Assembly: GCA_964490125.1 (NCBI GenBank)
Contig: CAZBAJ010000004.1
Location: forward strand, 7,662-71,661
From: an uncultured Candidatus Saccharibacteria bacterium
GTDB lineage: Bacteria > Patescibacteriota > WWE3 > UBA101185 > UBA10185
Direction of reading: 5' to 3'
Length of the DNA: 64,000 bases
Under the pieces are notes generated by a model that was not told where the DNA came from, made no database searches, and saw only the letters and a list, made by a program, of their open reading frames with translations. Positions 11,277 through 21,288 of this stretch are shown here, piece after piece. Positions within the stretch are counted from its first letter, which is position 1, and each line of letters begins with the position of its first letter. Both the position numbers and the translations under genes were made by a program.

Positions 11277-11354
11277 CGCAAAAATTTGGTATTTGGGGAA
11301 TATGCTGGCTTTGATTGAAATCCAATTAAATGTGTTACTATTTAACTACTGCCT

Positions 11355-13133
11355 ATGTTTATAGATTCAATAAATCCAAAAACAACCTTTGAGGACTTTT
11401 TGCTGGAAAAAGGTTTAATTGACGAGGCAAAGTACACACAATTAAAGACCGACCTTACTAAATCTCCAGGTAATACTGCCGAAGTTGTGTATAAAAGCGG
11501 TTTTTTGACGGACGAGGCTTACGCCAAAGCATACTCCGACTTCTACTCCGTCCCATATATTTCTTTATTGGAAAAAAAGTTTGACGAGGAATTAATTAGT
11601 AAAATTCCGGTGCAATTAGCAAAAACATATGCGCTGGCGCCTTTTTTGTACGACGGTGAGCAAAATATTTTGCATCTAGCCATGCGGGATCCGTTGGACT
11701 TGCAGTTTATTACCTTTTTAGAAAAAAAGCTGGGTTACAAGATTATTGCCTATATTTCCCCGCCCAGCGAGTTGGCTAAGGTGGTAGATGAAACCTTTGG
11801 TAAGTCTATTAAAGAAGAGGTCACTCAAGCTTTAGAGGAAATTAATCAAACCACGCTAAAGATTGAAGAGTCAGGTCAGTCTTTAGAAAGCATAGGTTCA
11901 CTTAAAGACGCTCCTGTTGCCAGAATAGTTAATATCCTGTTGGAGTCGGCGGTAAAGGGTGGGGCTTCTGATATTCATTTGGAACCGGGTGAGGATAATA
12001 TGCGCATTAGATATAGGGTGGACGGTATTTTAAGTGAGCGACACATCTTGCCAAAAGCGGTGCAGGATAGTTTAGTTGCCCGCATTAAAATTTTGTCCAA
12101 CTTAAAAATTGACGAGAAAAGAATTCCCCAGGATGGTAGGTTTAAAGTCCAGGTGGGCGACACTTTTACGGACTTGCGGGTTTCTACTTTGCCCACAGTG
12201 AACGGTGAGAAAGTAGTGATTAGGTTATTAAAGGACGAAGCAAATATTTACACTTTTAAGGATTTAGGTTTGGGCGGGCTTTCCCTTAAGCGGTTTGAGG
12301 AAGGTCTGTTAAAGTCAAACGGAATTATTATTATTACCGGACCAACCGGTTCCGGAAAAACAGTAACCTTAGCAACGGCGCTTTCTAAACTTAACAGCGT
12401 AAAAGTAAATGTGGTGACTTTGGAAGACCCCGTGGAAATTAAAATTAAAGGCGTCAATCAAGTGCAGATTAACCCCCAAGCAGGGTTAACATTTTCTTCC
12501 GGTTTACGGTCCTTTTTGCGCCAGGATCCCAACATTATTATGGTAGGAGAAATTAGGGACGGTGAAACTGCGGAGTTGGCTATTCATGCCGCCCTTACAG
12601 GTCACTTAGTTTTGTCGACATTACACACAAACTCCTCTGCTGGGGCAATTCCCAGGCTTATTGACATGGGAGTAGAAAACTTTTTGTTGGCGTCAACCTT
12701 AAATGTAGTGTTAGCGCAAAGGCTGGTCCGCAGAGTGTGTAATGACTGTAAACTTGCATACGATCCGCCGGAAGACTTGTTAAAAGAAGTTAAAGTTGTT
12801 TTAGAAAGCATTGGCAATACCCAGCTTTTAGAGTCGCGCGACAAACAGATGTTGGAATCTATTAAAAAGGTTGGTGCGGGTTCCATAAAACTTTATAGAT
12901 CTGTAGGTTGTAACAAATGTAATGATACCGGTTACAAAGGTCGGTCCGGTATTTACGAAGTCCTCCAAGTGTCAGAAAAAATAAGAACTTTAATAATTGA
13001 CAAGGGTACAGAGTCCGATATAAACAAAGTAGCCACAAGCGAAGGTATGATAACTTTGTTGCAGGACGGTTATTTAAAGGCTTTGGAGGGAGTTACCACT
13101 CTGGAGGAAGTATTAAGGGTTGCAAAGGAGTAA
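11355..13133 (+). CDS. pilB: Type IV pilus assembly ATPase PilB (GspE family)
   Basis: Has a GspE_N domain, Walker A GPTGSGKT and a CxxC...CxxC zinc motif (CNDC...CNKC). Length is 592 aa. Confidence 0.85.
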   Translation: MFIDSINPKTTFEDFLLEKGLIDEAKYTQLKTDLTKSPGNTAEVVYKSGFLTDEAYAKAYSDFYSVPYISLLEKKFDEELISKIPVQLAKTYALAPFLYDGEQNILHLAMRDPLDLQFITFLEKKLGYKIIAYISPPSELAKVVDETFGKSIKEEVTQALEEINQTTLKIEESGQSLESIGSLKDAPVARIVNILLESAVKGGASDIHLEPGEDNMRIRYRVDGILSERHILPKAVQDSLVARIKILSNLKIDEKRIPQDGRFKVQVGDTFTDLRVSTLPTVNGEKVVIRLLKDEANIYTFKDLGLGGLSLKRFEEGLLKSNGIIIITGPTGSGKTVTLATALSKLNSVKVNVVTLEDPVEIKIKGVNQVQINPQAGLTFSSGLRSFLRQDPNIIMVGEIRDGETAELAIHAALTGHLVLSTLHTNSSAGAIPRLIDMGVENFLLASTLNVVLAQRLVRRVCNDCKLAYDPPEDLLKEVKVVLESIGNTQLLESRDKQMLESIKKVGAGSIKLYRSVGCNKCNDTGYKGRSGIYEVLQVSEKIRTLIIDKGTESDINKVATSEGMITLLQDGYLKALEGVTTLEEVLRVAKE

Positions 13134-13166
13134 AGTTTGCTATTTAATGAAGGTTATTAACTGCCT

Positions 13167-14228
13167 ATGAAAGTAAACGCCAGCATATTATTAGAGAAGT
13201 GCTTAAGTCTTAATGCGTCGTCCATGCACTTGTCCGTAGGAAACCCGCCGGTAGTTAGAATTCACACCAAAATTTCTAGAATTACAGACATGGACATTTT
13301 GACGGTTGAGGATGTTGAGCTTTTTATTTCTCAAACTTTATCTAAAGAACAAAAAGACGCTTTTGAACTTTCTAAAGAAACGGATTTTTCTATTGCTTTG
13401 GGAAACAAAGCTCGATTTAGGGTAAATGTTTATTACCAAAAGGGTTATCCAGCGGTATCGTTAAGACTTATTCCAATGATTATTCCTCATTTGGACGACT
13501 TACATCTACCGTCAATTCTTAAAAATATTGCTGATTTAAAACAGGGTCTTGTTTTAGTAGTTGGACCTACCGATCACGGTAAATCTACCACGCTTGCCAG
13601 TATGTTGCAGTACATTACAGAGACTAGATCGGAACATATTATTACCATAGAGGACCCCATTGAATTTGTCATTCCGTCCAACAAGTCTTTAGTAGAACAG
13701 CGGGAAATGTATTTGGATACACTTTCTTGGGCAAACGCTTTGCGGGCAATTTTGCGCCAGGATCCCAACATTATTATGATTGGTGAAATGCGTGACCAAG
13801 AAACCATAGAGGCGGCAATGAACATTGCAGAAACTGGTCATTTGGTTTTTTCTACCTTGCACACCAACTCCGCGTCGCAAAGTATAGAAAGAATTGTGTC
13901 TTCATTCCCCAAAGAAAAACAGTCCTACATTAGAAGCCAGTTTGCGGATGTTCTAGAAGCCATAATTTCCATGCGACTTATTCCCTCCCCTCAAATGGGT
14001 GTGTGTCCTGCCGTAGAAGTCCTACTTAATAATTACGCAGTTAAAAATCTTATTAGAGAAGGCAAAAGCTACCGCGTAGATGACATTATTTTAACCAGCG
14101 CGGAGCAAGGCATGATTTCCCTAAACTCGTCGCTTAAGATTTTGTACGACAAGCAGTTAATTTCTTCTGACGATGCTTTTAGATATAGTTTAAATCCGGA
14201 GGAATTGCGCAGGATTATTAAGGTTTAG
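13167..14228 (+). CDS. pilT: Type IV pilus retraction ATPase PilT
   Basis: Has Walker A GPTDHGKSTT and the PilT-family core (ILRQDPNIIMIGEMRD, HLVFSTLHTN). Length is 353 aa. Confidence 0.8.
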   Translation: MKVNASILLEKCLSLNASSMHLSVGNPPVVRIHTKISRITDMDILTVEDVELFISQTLSKEQKDAFELSKETDFSIALGNKARFRVNVYYQKGYPAVSLRLIPMIIPHLDDLHLPSILKNIADLKQGLVLVVGPTDHGKSTTLASMLQYITETRSEHIITIEDPIEFVIPSNKSLVEQREMYLDTLSWANALRAILRQDPNIIMIGEMRDQETIEAAMNIAETGHLVFSTLHTNSASQSIERIVSSFPKEKQSYIRSQFADVLEAIISMRLIPSPQMGVCPAVEVLLNNYAVKNLIREGKSYRVDDIILTSAEQGMISLNSSLKILYDKQLISSDDAFRYSLNPEELRRIIKV

Positions 14229-14234
14229 GGCATC

Positions 14235-15434
14235 ATGAGGTATAGATTTACAGCAAAAGATCAAAATGCCAAGTTAGTTTATGGCGACATAGAGGCTGGC
14301 TCCACAGATAAAGTAGTGGACATCTTAAAAGACCGTGGACTTTTTGCCCTGGACATAACGGAAATGAGTCCGGGTTTTAAGGCGTTTGCCATAAGGGGCG
14401 GACGGGTGACGGAATCGGAAGTTGTGTTATTCACAAGGCAGTTTGCCACCATGGTTGCCGCGGGGCTTTCTGTTTCCAGATGTTTAGAAGTTTTGTTGGA
14501 CCAAACCACCAACCCCAAATTTAAAGAGGTTATTTCCGAGATTCAGTCTCAGGTAACTTCTGGCATTGCACTTTCCGCTGCTTTTGGTAGGTATCCTAAT
14601 ATTTTTCCTACTGCGTATATTGCACTTTGTCGTGCGGGTGAGTCTTCTGGCAAATTGGATGAAATTTTACTAAAGCTGGCCGACACTATGGAGAAAGACA
14701 AAGATATCAAGTCCAAATTTAAAACGGCGTTAATTTACCCCACCATTATTCTAGTTGCCATGGTGGGTGTGTTTGTACTAATGATGGTAGTGGTGGTGCC
14801 AAAACTTGCGGAGCTATACGCGTCCATGAGCGTTGACCTGCCCTTTATAACCAAGGTTATGATAGGTATTAGTAACTTTATGGTCAATTACAAGCTGCTT
14901 TTACTCCCCATGGTGTTTGGCGCCTACTTTTTATTTAAATATTTTATGCAGACGGCAAAAGGCAGAGCGTTTTGGTCGGAGTTTACCTTTGCCATGCCTG
15001 TTATTGGTCCCGTAAATAAACTTAAAGAGTACACGCTGTTTTCTAGAACATTAAGTATGCTTTTAACCGCGGGTGTAAATATGGTGGAGGCATTAAATAT
15101 TTCTGGCGATGTAGTTACTAATTTGGACTTAATAGCCGGGGTAAAAAACAGCACCTTGTTGGTAGAGCGCGGTGTTCCCCTGTCGGAGGCTATGGGTAAA
15201 AGCGCAACCTTCCCACCCATGGTTTATAAAATGGTAGAGGTTGGGGAAGAAACCGGTAATTTGGATTCTGTACTTGCCCGTGTTTCTGTTTATTACGCTA
15301 ACGAAACTGATACAGCAGTAGCCAGACTTTCCGCCGCTTTAGAGCCGTTTATTTTAGTGTTCTTGGGTGTGGGTGTGGGAGTCTTGATTTTGTCTATTAT
15401 TACGCCTATATATAAAATTACAACTTCTATTTAA
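14235..15434 (+). CDS. pilC: Type IV pilus platform protein PilC (GspF family)
   Basis: Two GspF repeats and three TM segments; 399 aa. Confidence 0.8.
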   Translation: MRYRFTAKDQNAKLVYGDIEAGSTDKVVDILKDRGLFALDITEMSPGFKAFAIRGGRVTESEVVLFTRQFATMVAAGLSVSRCLEVLLDQTTNPKFKEVISEIQSQVTSGIALSAAFGRYPNIFPTAYIALCRAGESSGKLDEILLKLADTMEKDKDIKSKFKTALIYPTIILVAMVGVFVLMMVVVVPKLAELYASMSVDLPFITKVMIGISNFMVNYKLLLLPMVFGAYFLFKYFMQTAKGRAFWSEFTFAMPVIGPVNKLKEYTLFSRTLSMLLTAGVNMVEALNISGDVVTNLDLIAGVKNSTLLVERGVPLSEAMGKSATFPPMVYKMVEVGEETGNLDSVLARVSVYYANETDTAVARLSAALEPFILVFLGVGVGVLILSIITPIYKITTSI

Positions 15435-15460
15435 GAAGATGAAGGGAGGTGTAAAAAATT

Positions 15461-16009
15461 ATGACAAAAGGGAAATACACAAAGGGATTTACGTTGGTTG
15501 AATTGTTGGTGGTTATTGCTATTATAGCCATTTTGGCTGGTGCGTTGTTTTTGGTTATTAACCCAGCCGCCTTATTAGCAAAATCCAGAGACTCTAAGAG
15601 AATTGGAGAATTATCGAGCGTCAATAAGGCTATTGCGGCTGCACTCGCAGATAGTAAGATAATTCTTAGTACTAATGCTGTCAATTTAAATGACACAAAC
15701 ACAACTGTTTTAGGTTTGGGTTGGGTTCGCTTTACAAGGCCTGGTACACCGGCTACAGGTCCTGGCATTGGGGACTACATGCCAGTTCTTCCAAGGGATC
15801 CTTTAAGAGGTGCAGGAGTAACACCGGTTACTAGTTACTACTACAGATTTAGAAGTACCACTACTGCATGGAAACTGGCGGCCTGGGTGGAGAGTATAGA
15901 TAGCGCACAAATCGCTACCAATGATGGAGGTATATCGAATACTTGCACAACGGTACCTAATACCGCCTGTCAGTATGAAATAGGAACAGATTTAACTTTG
16001 GTAATGTGA
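15461..16009 (+). CDS. Type IV pilin (prepilin with N-terminal cleavage/methylation motif), candidate major pilin
   Basis: Leader MTKGKYTKG|FTLVELLVVIAIIAILAG. The RBS GGGAGG lies 9 nt upstream. A strong GC hairpin follows. Confidence 0.75.
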   Translation: MTKGKYTKGFTLVELLVVIAIIAILAGALFLVINPAALLAKSRDSKRIGELSSVNKAIAAALADSKIILSTNAVNLNDTNTTVLGLGWVRFTRPGTPATGPGIGDYMPVLPRDPLRGAGVTPVTSYYYRFRSTTTAWKLAAWVESIDSAQIATNDGGISNTCTTVPNTACQYEIGTDLTLVM

Positions 16010-16021
16010 GGTTGGTTTTTT

Positions 16022-16042
16022 GCGGGGTGCTATGCGCCCCGC
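16022..16042 (+). terminator. GC-rich stem-loop immediately after the pilin gene (atypical terminator/attenuator)
   Basis: GCGGGGTGC-tat-GCGCCCCGC forms a 9-bp stem with one G·U pair. The U-tract is 5' of the stem rather than 3', so termination is uncertain. Confidence 0.3.
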
Positions 16043-16172
16043 ATGGGTGGACAAGAAGATGTGTTGAATGGCGGTTGTTATGGGTTCTAGCACCTGTTTT
16101 TTATTTTGCCATGCTAGCCATTGTTGTAAGTAGGTAGCTATTATGTAGATTAGCAATAAAGAAGTCGTTTCT

Positions 16173-17048
16173 ATGGTGTTTTTAAGTAGCTTATTATCTT
16201 CGCTAATCGGTCTATTCATCGGCTCGTTTTTAAATGTAGTCGCGGATAGGCTGTGTCAGGAGAAAAACCCCTTCAAGGGCAGATCCGTTTGCGATTCGTG
16301 CGGGCAAACTTTAAAGCCCCAGCACATGGTGCCCATTTTGTCGTACATATTATTAAGGGGTAAGTGCGCGTATTGTCACCAAAAACTGTCGCTCTACTAC
16401 CCTTTTTCCGAACTCCTCACCGGCATGTTTTTTGCTTTTGCTGCCTATTTTTCCCGCTTTGCGTCCTCCCCTAGCCTGTTAACCGGCTTGCATTTTGGCT
16501 ACCTTATTGTGGTTTTTAGCGTGTTCGTGGTCATTTTTTTGTCAGACTTAAAATATCAAATTATTCCAAACGAGGTTGTTTATTTTGGTATTGCTTTTGT
16601 TTTTTTGGCGCAGGTGGCAAATTTGGGCTTTTGGGCTTATAAATACCACGCCATGTTGCAAAGCGACACTTTGGGTCAGTATCTTTTGCAGGGCGACTTT
16701 TTTAAGGACAATGTACTGCGGGAGGTTAAAAGTTTTGGTTACAATATTGCCAGCGGACTTGGGATCTGTCTGTTTTTTTATTTGCTGGTGGTGTTGACGC
16801 GTGGTCGCGGGATGGGCGGAGGCGATGTTAAGTTGGGTCTTTTGATTGGACTTTTTAACGGTTTTCCCAACGGTGTAATTGCCTTGTTTTTGGCTTTTAT
16901 TACGGGTTCGATTGTAAGTATTGGACTTATGGTGGCGTCCAAAAAAGGGTTAAAGGATGTGGTGCCGTTTGGTCCTTTTTTAATTTTAGGCAGTGTGCTA
17001 TCTTTAATGTATGGAGACTGGATTTTTACCAGGTATATTTCGCTTTAA
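16173..17048 (+). CDS. pilD: Prepilin peptidase PilD (A24 family)
   Basis: Has a CxxC...CxxC zinc motif (CDSCGQ...CAYCHQ) and the catalytic Asp motif GGGDVKL. 291 aa, polytopic. Confidence 0.8.
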   Translation: MVFLSSLLSSLIGLFIGSFLNVVADRLCQEKNPFKGRSVCDSCGQTLKPQHMVPILSYILLRGKCAYCHQKLSLYYPFSELLTGMFFAFAAYFSRFASSPSLLTGLHFGYLIVVFSVFVVIFLSDLKYQIIPNEVVYFGIAFVFLAQVANLGFWAYKYHAMLQSDTLGQYLLQGDFFKDNVLREVKSFGYNIASGLGICLFFYLLVVLTRGRGMGGGDVKLGLLIGLFNGFPNGVIALFLAFITGSIVSIGLMVASKKGLKDVVPFGPFLILGSVLSLMYGDWIFTRYISL

Positions 17049-17937
17049 CCGTTTGGGTTTATTTTCTTTTTTCATTTTTGTTATTAGTGCTTTTGGACTT
17101 GGTACGACAGGAGAAGCTTACGCGATCGAATGGTTTTCCGTTTACGGGTCGGGTGTATTATCGGGTGGCGACATAACTAACAACGGGATACCAAATATCC
17201 CTCCGACCGGTTTCAACAAAGATGTCGTCCAACACCCTGGTTCTGAAAATATTACCACTTACGGTTCGTTGATAAGTTCTGGTGGTCAAACAACTAACGG
17301 CGATGACGACGCATATGTAAAAAACCTTGTTCTCACACCCAAAGCTTTATCCATAGATAGCCTACTTCTTGGTGCTACTAATATTACAGATTGTAGTACG
17401 ATATTTAATAACAGGCTCAATCCCAACATTTTATATAAGATTTCAGGCCCATATACTGCCTCATGTTTATCCCAATCTTTCATTGCTGATACAGATAGAA
17501 CATATGGATTGGAGTCTGACGGTTTAGTAATAATCGCTGTGGATTTTACTTCCGGATTGAATTTACGAAAAACACTAAAATCTACAAGTTCTAATCAGAG
17601 GATTCTACTTTTGACAAATAGTACAACCAGTATAGTTAGCAATGTCGGAACCCCCGTCGGGGTGGCTACTTTTGATACGCAAAATCAATATGACTTGGCA
17701 ATGATTACAACTTCAACATTCACTGTTCAGGACAGTGCAACATTAACATCCATTCTTGAGGGTCCTTTGATCTCTGGGGGCGCAGTAACTTTAGGTCGCA
17801 ATTATGCCGCCGCAACCTACCCTGGTGTTTTCGTAAAATACAACCCGTTTTATGTTGCCGAGTTGTCAAAAAAGGGTACAGCAGGTCTTGCTATAAAAGG
17901 ATTACTAGAATCCAAAACTACCTGGAGGTATGACTAA
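17011..17937 (+). CDS. Hypothetical secreted protein in the pilus locus
   Basis: N-terminal signal peptide with an AYA|IEW cleavage site; Thr/Ser-rich. Its start overlaps the pilD end. Confidence 0.5.
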   Translation: METGFLPGIFRFNRLGLFSFFIFVISAFGLGTTGEAYAIEWFSVYGSGVLSGGDITNNGIPNIPPTGFNKDVVQHPGSENITTYGSLISSGGQTTNGDDDAYVKNLVLTPKALSIDSLLLGATNITDCSTIFNNRLNPNILYKISGPYTASCLSQSFIADTDRTYGLESDGLVIIAVDFTSGLNLRKTLKSTSSNQRILLLTNSTTSIVSNVGTPVGVATFDTQNQYDLAMITTSTFTVQDSATLTSILEGPLISGGAVTLGRNYAAATYPGVFVKYNPFYVAELSKKGTAGLAIKGLLESKTTWRYD

Positions 17938-18851
17938 TGACTAACTTGCGATCCGCCCAACAAGGTCAAACATTATTAATTGTGATTTTTGCCATGTCGC
18001 TGGGGTTGTTAGTAATTGTAAATACTGCCGGACGGACTTTGAGTTCGGTTGCCAGAACCACCCAAACCAATTTTTATCAAAAAGCAACTGCGGTCGCAGA
18101 GGGCGGTGCGGAAGTATTTTTAGCCAAACCGATTACCGATTATCCCGCTTTAACATCGACATGCGCAATTTCAAAACTTGCTGATCTGGCTACTGTCGAC
18201 GGTGCCAGTTGTACCATACCGTTTACAGAATCAAAGGCGTATTTGGGTGTAGAGGCTTATCCCGTTTCGTTAGCAAAGGAAAGTTTAAATATAAAAAGTC
18301 AGCCGGGAGAAACCATTCATATAAACCTGAATGACCTAAATTTTGACGCTGATTTTATTCAAGTTTGCTGGAAGGGCTTAGGGATTAAGGATTATTCCGC
18401 TTCGCACTACTTTTACTATCACGGCTTGATTGGTGATTACGAAGTCGATAAAGATTTACTCACCTGTAATACCAGTTTTACTGCTTGGTGCAAAAATTTA
18501 GGGGGAAATGTGGGAAATGTTAGTCAGGCAGTTGCTAACGGTGACTATTCTTGTTATTCCATAAATGTACAAAGTGACAGCGTCGCTCTTAGAATTTTTA
18601 CTTTTCCTGACGGTGCGGAGTATACAATAGAGGCGTATAAACTGGTTGCAGGAAACCCCGTAAAAACTACATTTCCCCAACAAGGTTATCGGATAATCTC
18701 CATCGGCGAGGTTACCGGCGCGGGAGGCACTTCTCTAATGTCCAAAAAAGCTACCAGAAAAAAGTTGACGGTGGAAAAAACCTTCCCCTACCCTGCTGGA
18801 CCGTGGTGGGATTTTGCGGTGACTTCTATAAACGGAATGGTGTCGCCCTAA
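17937..18851 (+). CDS. PilX-N-like membrane-anchored, Cys-rich pilus-associated protein
   Basis: N-terminus QQGQTLLIVIFAMSLGLLVIVNTAGRTL...AVAEGG resembles the PilX_N domain. Eight Cys in the extracellular part. The ATGA overlap with the upstream gene indicates coupling. Confidence 0.5.
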   Translation: MTNLRSAQQGQTLLIVIFAMSLGLLVIVNTAGRTLSSVARTTQTNFYQKATAVAEGGAEVFLAKPITDYPALTSTCAISKLADLATVDGASCTIPFTESKAYLGVEAYPVSLAKESLNIKSQPGETIHINLNDLNFDADFIQVCWKGLGIKDYSASHYFYYHGLIGDYEVDKDLLTCNTSFTAWCKNLGGNVGNVSQAVANGDYSCYSINVQSDSVALRIFTFPDGAEYTIEAYKLVAGNPVKTTFPQQGYRIISIGEVTGAGGTSLMSKKATRKKLTVEKTFPYPAGPWWDFAVTSINGMVSP

Positions 18852-18894
18852 AAAGCTTGACTTTAGCGGGATTTAGAAATAGTCTTAAAGTGTA

Positions 18895-19308
18895 ATGAAA
18901 GCTAACTGCTCGACTAAAAATTACGGATTTACTTTAGTTGAACTTTTGGTGGTAATTTCCATAATTTCTATCTTAGCCGGCGCAGCTTTTATGATTATTA
19001 ACCCCGTTAGATTGCAAAAAAAATCACGAGAGGCTGTGTTAAGGTCAAATACCGCTAAACTGTGTTCCGCTTTGTTTGCTTGTGCTTCTGTAAAAAATGT
19101 GCTGACTGATTGCAGTACAGGTGACTTTTCTAAGTTGAAAGTTACCGTTCCGAATGATCCTTTAGGCGCTTCCTACACCATCACCCCCTCTGATCCTGTC
19201 ACCATCACTGGTACACTTAATTCGTGCGTTTATACATGTAATTTTAATTTTTTAAATGGAGATGTATTAAATTTACCAAACACCCCTCCGGCTGGGTGTG
19301 AGCAATAA
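18895..19308 (+). CDS. Prepilin-type minor pilin/pseudopilin
   Basis: Leader MKANCSTKNYG|FTLVELLVVISIISILAG; Cys-rich C-terminal half. Confidence 0.7.
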   Translation: MKANCSTKNYGFTLVELLVVISIISILAGAAFMIINPVRLQKKSREAVLRSNTAKLCSALFACASVKNVLTDCSTGDFSKLKVTVPNDPLGASYTITPSDPVTITGTLNSCVYTCNFNFLNGDVLNLPNTPPAGCEQ

Positions 19309-19311
19309 ATA

Positions 19312-19776
19312 ATGAGTAACAGTTCCAATAAAATTAAATATGCAGGTCAAGCAGGTTTTACTTTGGTTGAGCTTTTGGTAGTAGTAAGCCTTGTGGGAAT
19401 TTTGGCGGGTGTAACAATATCTATTATAAATCCCGTTAAACAGAGGCAAGTGGCGGAGGACGGAGTTAAACAGTCTAATTTACAAAAGCTTGCTTTAGGG
19501 GTAGAAGCTTACGGCAATGCCAATTCTAAATATCCTGCCGCAGCTGGTGGTAAGCCCGACCCAGCCGATGCCGATGTCGGACAATTTATTAAGCAGTATC
19601 CTGACGGGGAACCTGCTGGATCTACTTATACCTACTATAACGATTCGACAAATGGAACATTTAGTATTGTGGTTATGAAGTCCGAGGTCGCAACGGCGTG
19701 TTTTAAATACCATTCCAGTTGGGGTAAAATCCAGTCGTGTACTAACAATTGCAACGACGGAACTACTGGATGTTAG
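19312..19776 (+). CDS. Prepilin-type minor pilin/pseudopilin
   Basis: Prepilin leader ...AGQAG|FTLVELLVVVSLVGILAG. Confidence 0.7.
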   Translation: MSNSSNKIKYAGQAGFTLVELLVVVSLVGILAGVTISIINPVKQRQVAEDGVKQSNLQKLALGVEAYGNANSKYPAAAGGKPDPADADVGQFIKQYPDGEPAGSTYTYYNDSTNGTFSIVVMKSEVATACFKYHSSWGKIQSCTNNCNDGTTGC

Positions 19777-19796
19777 ACTTGTTAACTAAAAGAAAA

Positions 19797-20303
19797 ATGT
19801 CAAAACATAAATACAACAAAGGATTTACATTGGTAGAACTTCTTATAGCTATTTCCTTGATAGCCATTTTGAGTGGGGTATTACTTTCGGTTTTAAATCC
19901 CATAGGTATCCAAAAGAAGGCTCGTGATTCACAGAGGGTATCAGATTTGTCAAAAATTAAGGTTGCTTTGGAAAATTATTTTGCCGACAATAGAAAGTAC
20001 CCAAATACTGCGCCTGTGACAGCTGATACATGGGTAAAAACTTCTGCGCTTTCAACTTTTTTAGAAAATGGTAAGTACATAAATAAACTGCCCACTGATC
20101 CAAAACCCACGGTAACTGCAAATTGCGCTGTAAATGGTTGGCGTGAATATTATTACAAAACAAATGCTAACGGGACTGTTTATATATTGTCCGCTAATTT
20201 AGAGATAGCGCCGTCAACGGCATCGACCTGTCCCTACACAAGTCCTAATTGTTCTGGATGTGTTACCACGGGTGTTAATGCTTACTATACAACTATTGAT
20301 TGA
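19797..20303 (+). CDS. Prepilin-type minor pilin/pseudopilin
   Basis: MSKHKYNKG|FTLVELLIAISLIAILSG. The start is at an internal Met of ORF 19749..20303. Confidence 0.65.
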   Translation: MSKHKYNKGFTLVELLIAISLIAILSGVLLSVLNPIGIQKKARDSQRVSDLSKIKVALENYFADNRKYPNTAPVTADTWVKTSALSTFLENGKYINKLPTDPKPTVTANCAVNGWREYYYKTNANGTVYILSANLEIAPSTASTCPYTSPNCSGCVTTGVNAYYTTID

Positions 20304-20327
20304 GGTTGATTTTTAGAAAGGAGATAT

Positions 20328-20816
20328 ATGAAAACGCAAATACTCAAAGACGCAAACAGAGGCTTTACCCTAGTGGAAGTTTTAGTAGCGGTTGGGGTTT
20401 TGGCGGTAGGGTCGCTGGCTTTTTTGCCTTCGTTTAGTGGCGCAAATAAAGAAAAAGCCCTTGCCCAGTCGGTAGAAAACGCTAAAGATGCCATAGCCAC
20501 AGCTAGAAACCGCGCGCTTACAAATGTTGGAAACCCCGGATCGGCAGGTTCGTACAATTATTCTGGGGTAAAATTTACAGCTGGGAGTTCTGATTACGAG
20601 ATATTTAGGTCGACAACTGCTGATGTGTCCACCTGTACAAGTCTTCCCGCTAGTGGAATATCAGTTTTGGATAGTCAGGGGACACTTCTTAACGGTGTGC
20701 AGTCCAGAATACCTTCAGGAGAGTCGCCAACTTGTTTCTTTTTTGAATTTGGATCCGGTGATGCCTATGTTACTAAAGGTACCGCCTCCGCACCTGCCAA
20801 TGCTTGCAATAATTAA
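20328..20816 (+). CDS. Prepilin-type minor pilin/pseudopilin
   Basis: MKTQILKDANRG|FTLVEVLVAVGVLAVGSLAF. Confidence 0.65.
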   Translation: MKTQILKDANRGFTLVEVLVAVGVLAVGSLAFLPSFSGANKEKALAQSVENAKDAIATARNRALTNVGNPGSAGSYNYSGVKFTAGSSDYEIFRSTTADVSTCTSLPASGISVLDSQGTLLNGVQSRIPSGESPTCFFFEFGSGDAYVTKGTASAPANACNN

Positions 20817-21288
20817 AAACAACAAATCAGGTTACGCGCTGTTAGAAATTTTATTGGCGTTTGCGGTTGCCACAATTATTATTACAGGTATGGTTTCACT
20901 GGGGGTTTCTACCGTTAGGGCGGTTACGGTAAACAAGGCTTATTCCGAAGCAGGAAAAATTGCGCAAAGAGAGGTTGACCGACTTAAATTACTGCGCGAC
21001 ACCTACCCTGCCACGGCTACCAGAACTTCTTGGGAAAATTTTTACGACGAAGTTATCAGCCAGTGCGGTACAAACTGTTATGTAGTCACAGGTGCTACTT
21101 TTACTAAAGCACCTGGTACATACACGGTTGGGACCGCGCCATCTACCGTAAGCTACTATTTCAAGTTCACTTCTGCAAGTGTTACAAGTCCAGCTAAATA
21201 TGAGGTAATTACAACATGGAGCGTAGGAAATCCCCCAGAAAAAACATATAAAATCGAAGGAGTCTTTACAAATTGGAAGGAGATCTAA
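20800..21288 (+). CDS. Prepilin-type minor pilin/pseudopilin (GspJ/PilW-like leader)
   Basis: MLAIIKNNKSG|YALLEILLAFAVATIIITG. The start is at an internal Met of ORF 20623..21288. Confidence 0.55.
   Translation: MLAIIKNNKSGYALLEILLAFAVATIIITGMVSLGVSTVRAVTVNKAYSEAGKIAQREVDRLKLLRDTYPATATRTSWENFYDEVISQCGTNCYVVTGATFTKAPGTYTVGTAPSTVSYYFKFTSASVTSPAKYEVITTWSVGNPPEKTYKIEGVFTNWKEI

Noticed and set aside
16022-16042. Canonical intrinsic terminator after the major pilin
   Set aside because: The U-tract is on the 5' side of the hairpin on the coding strand, which is not the canonical arrangement. It is kept only as a low-confidence stem-loop feature.
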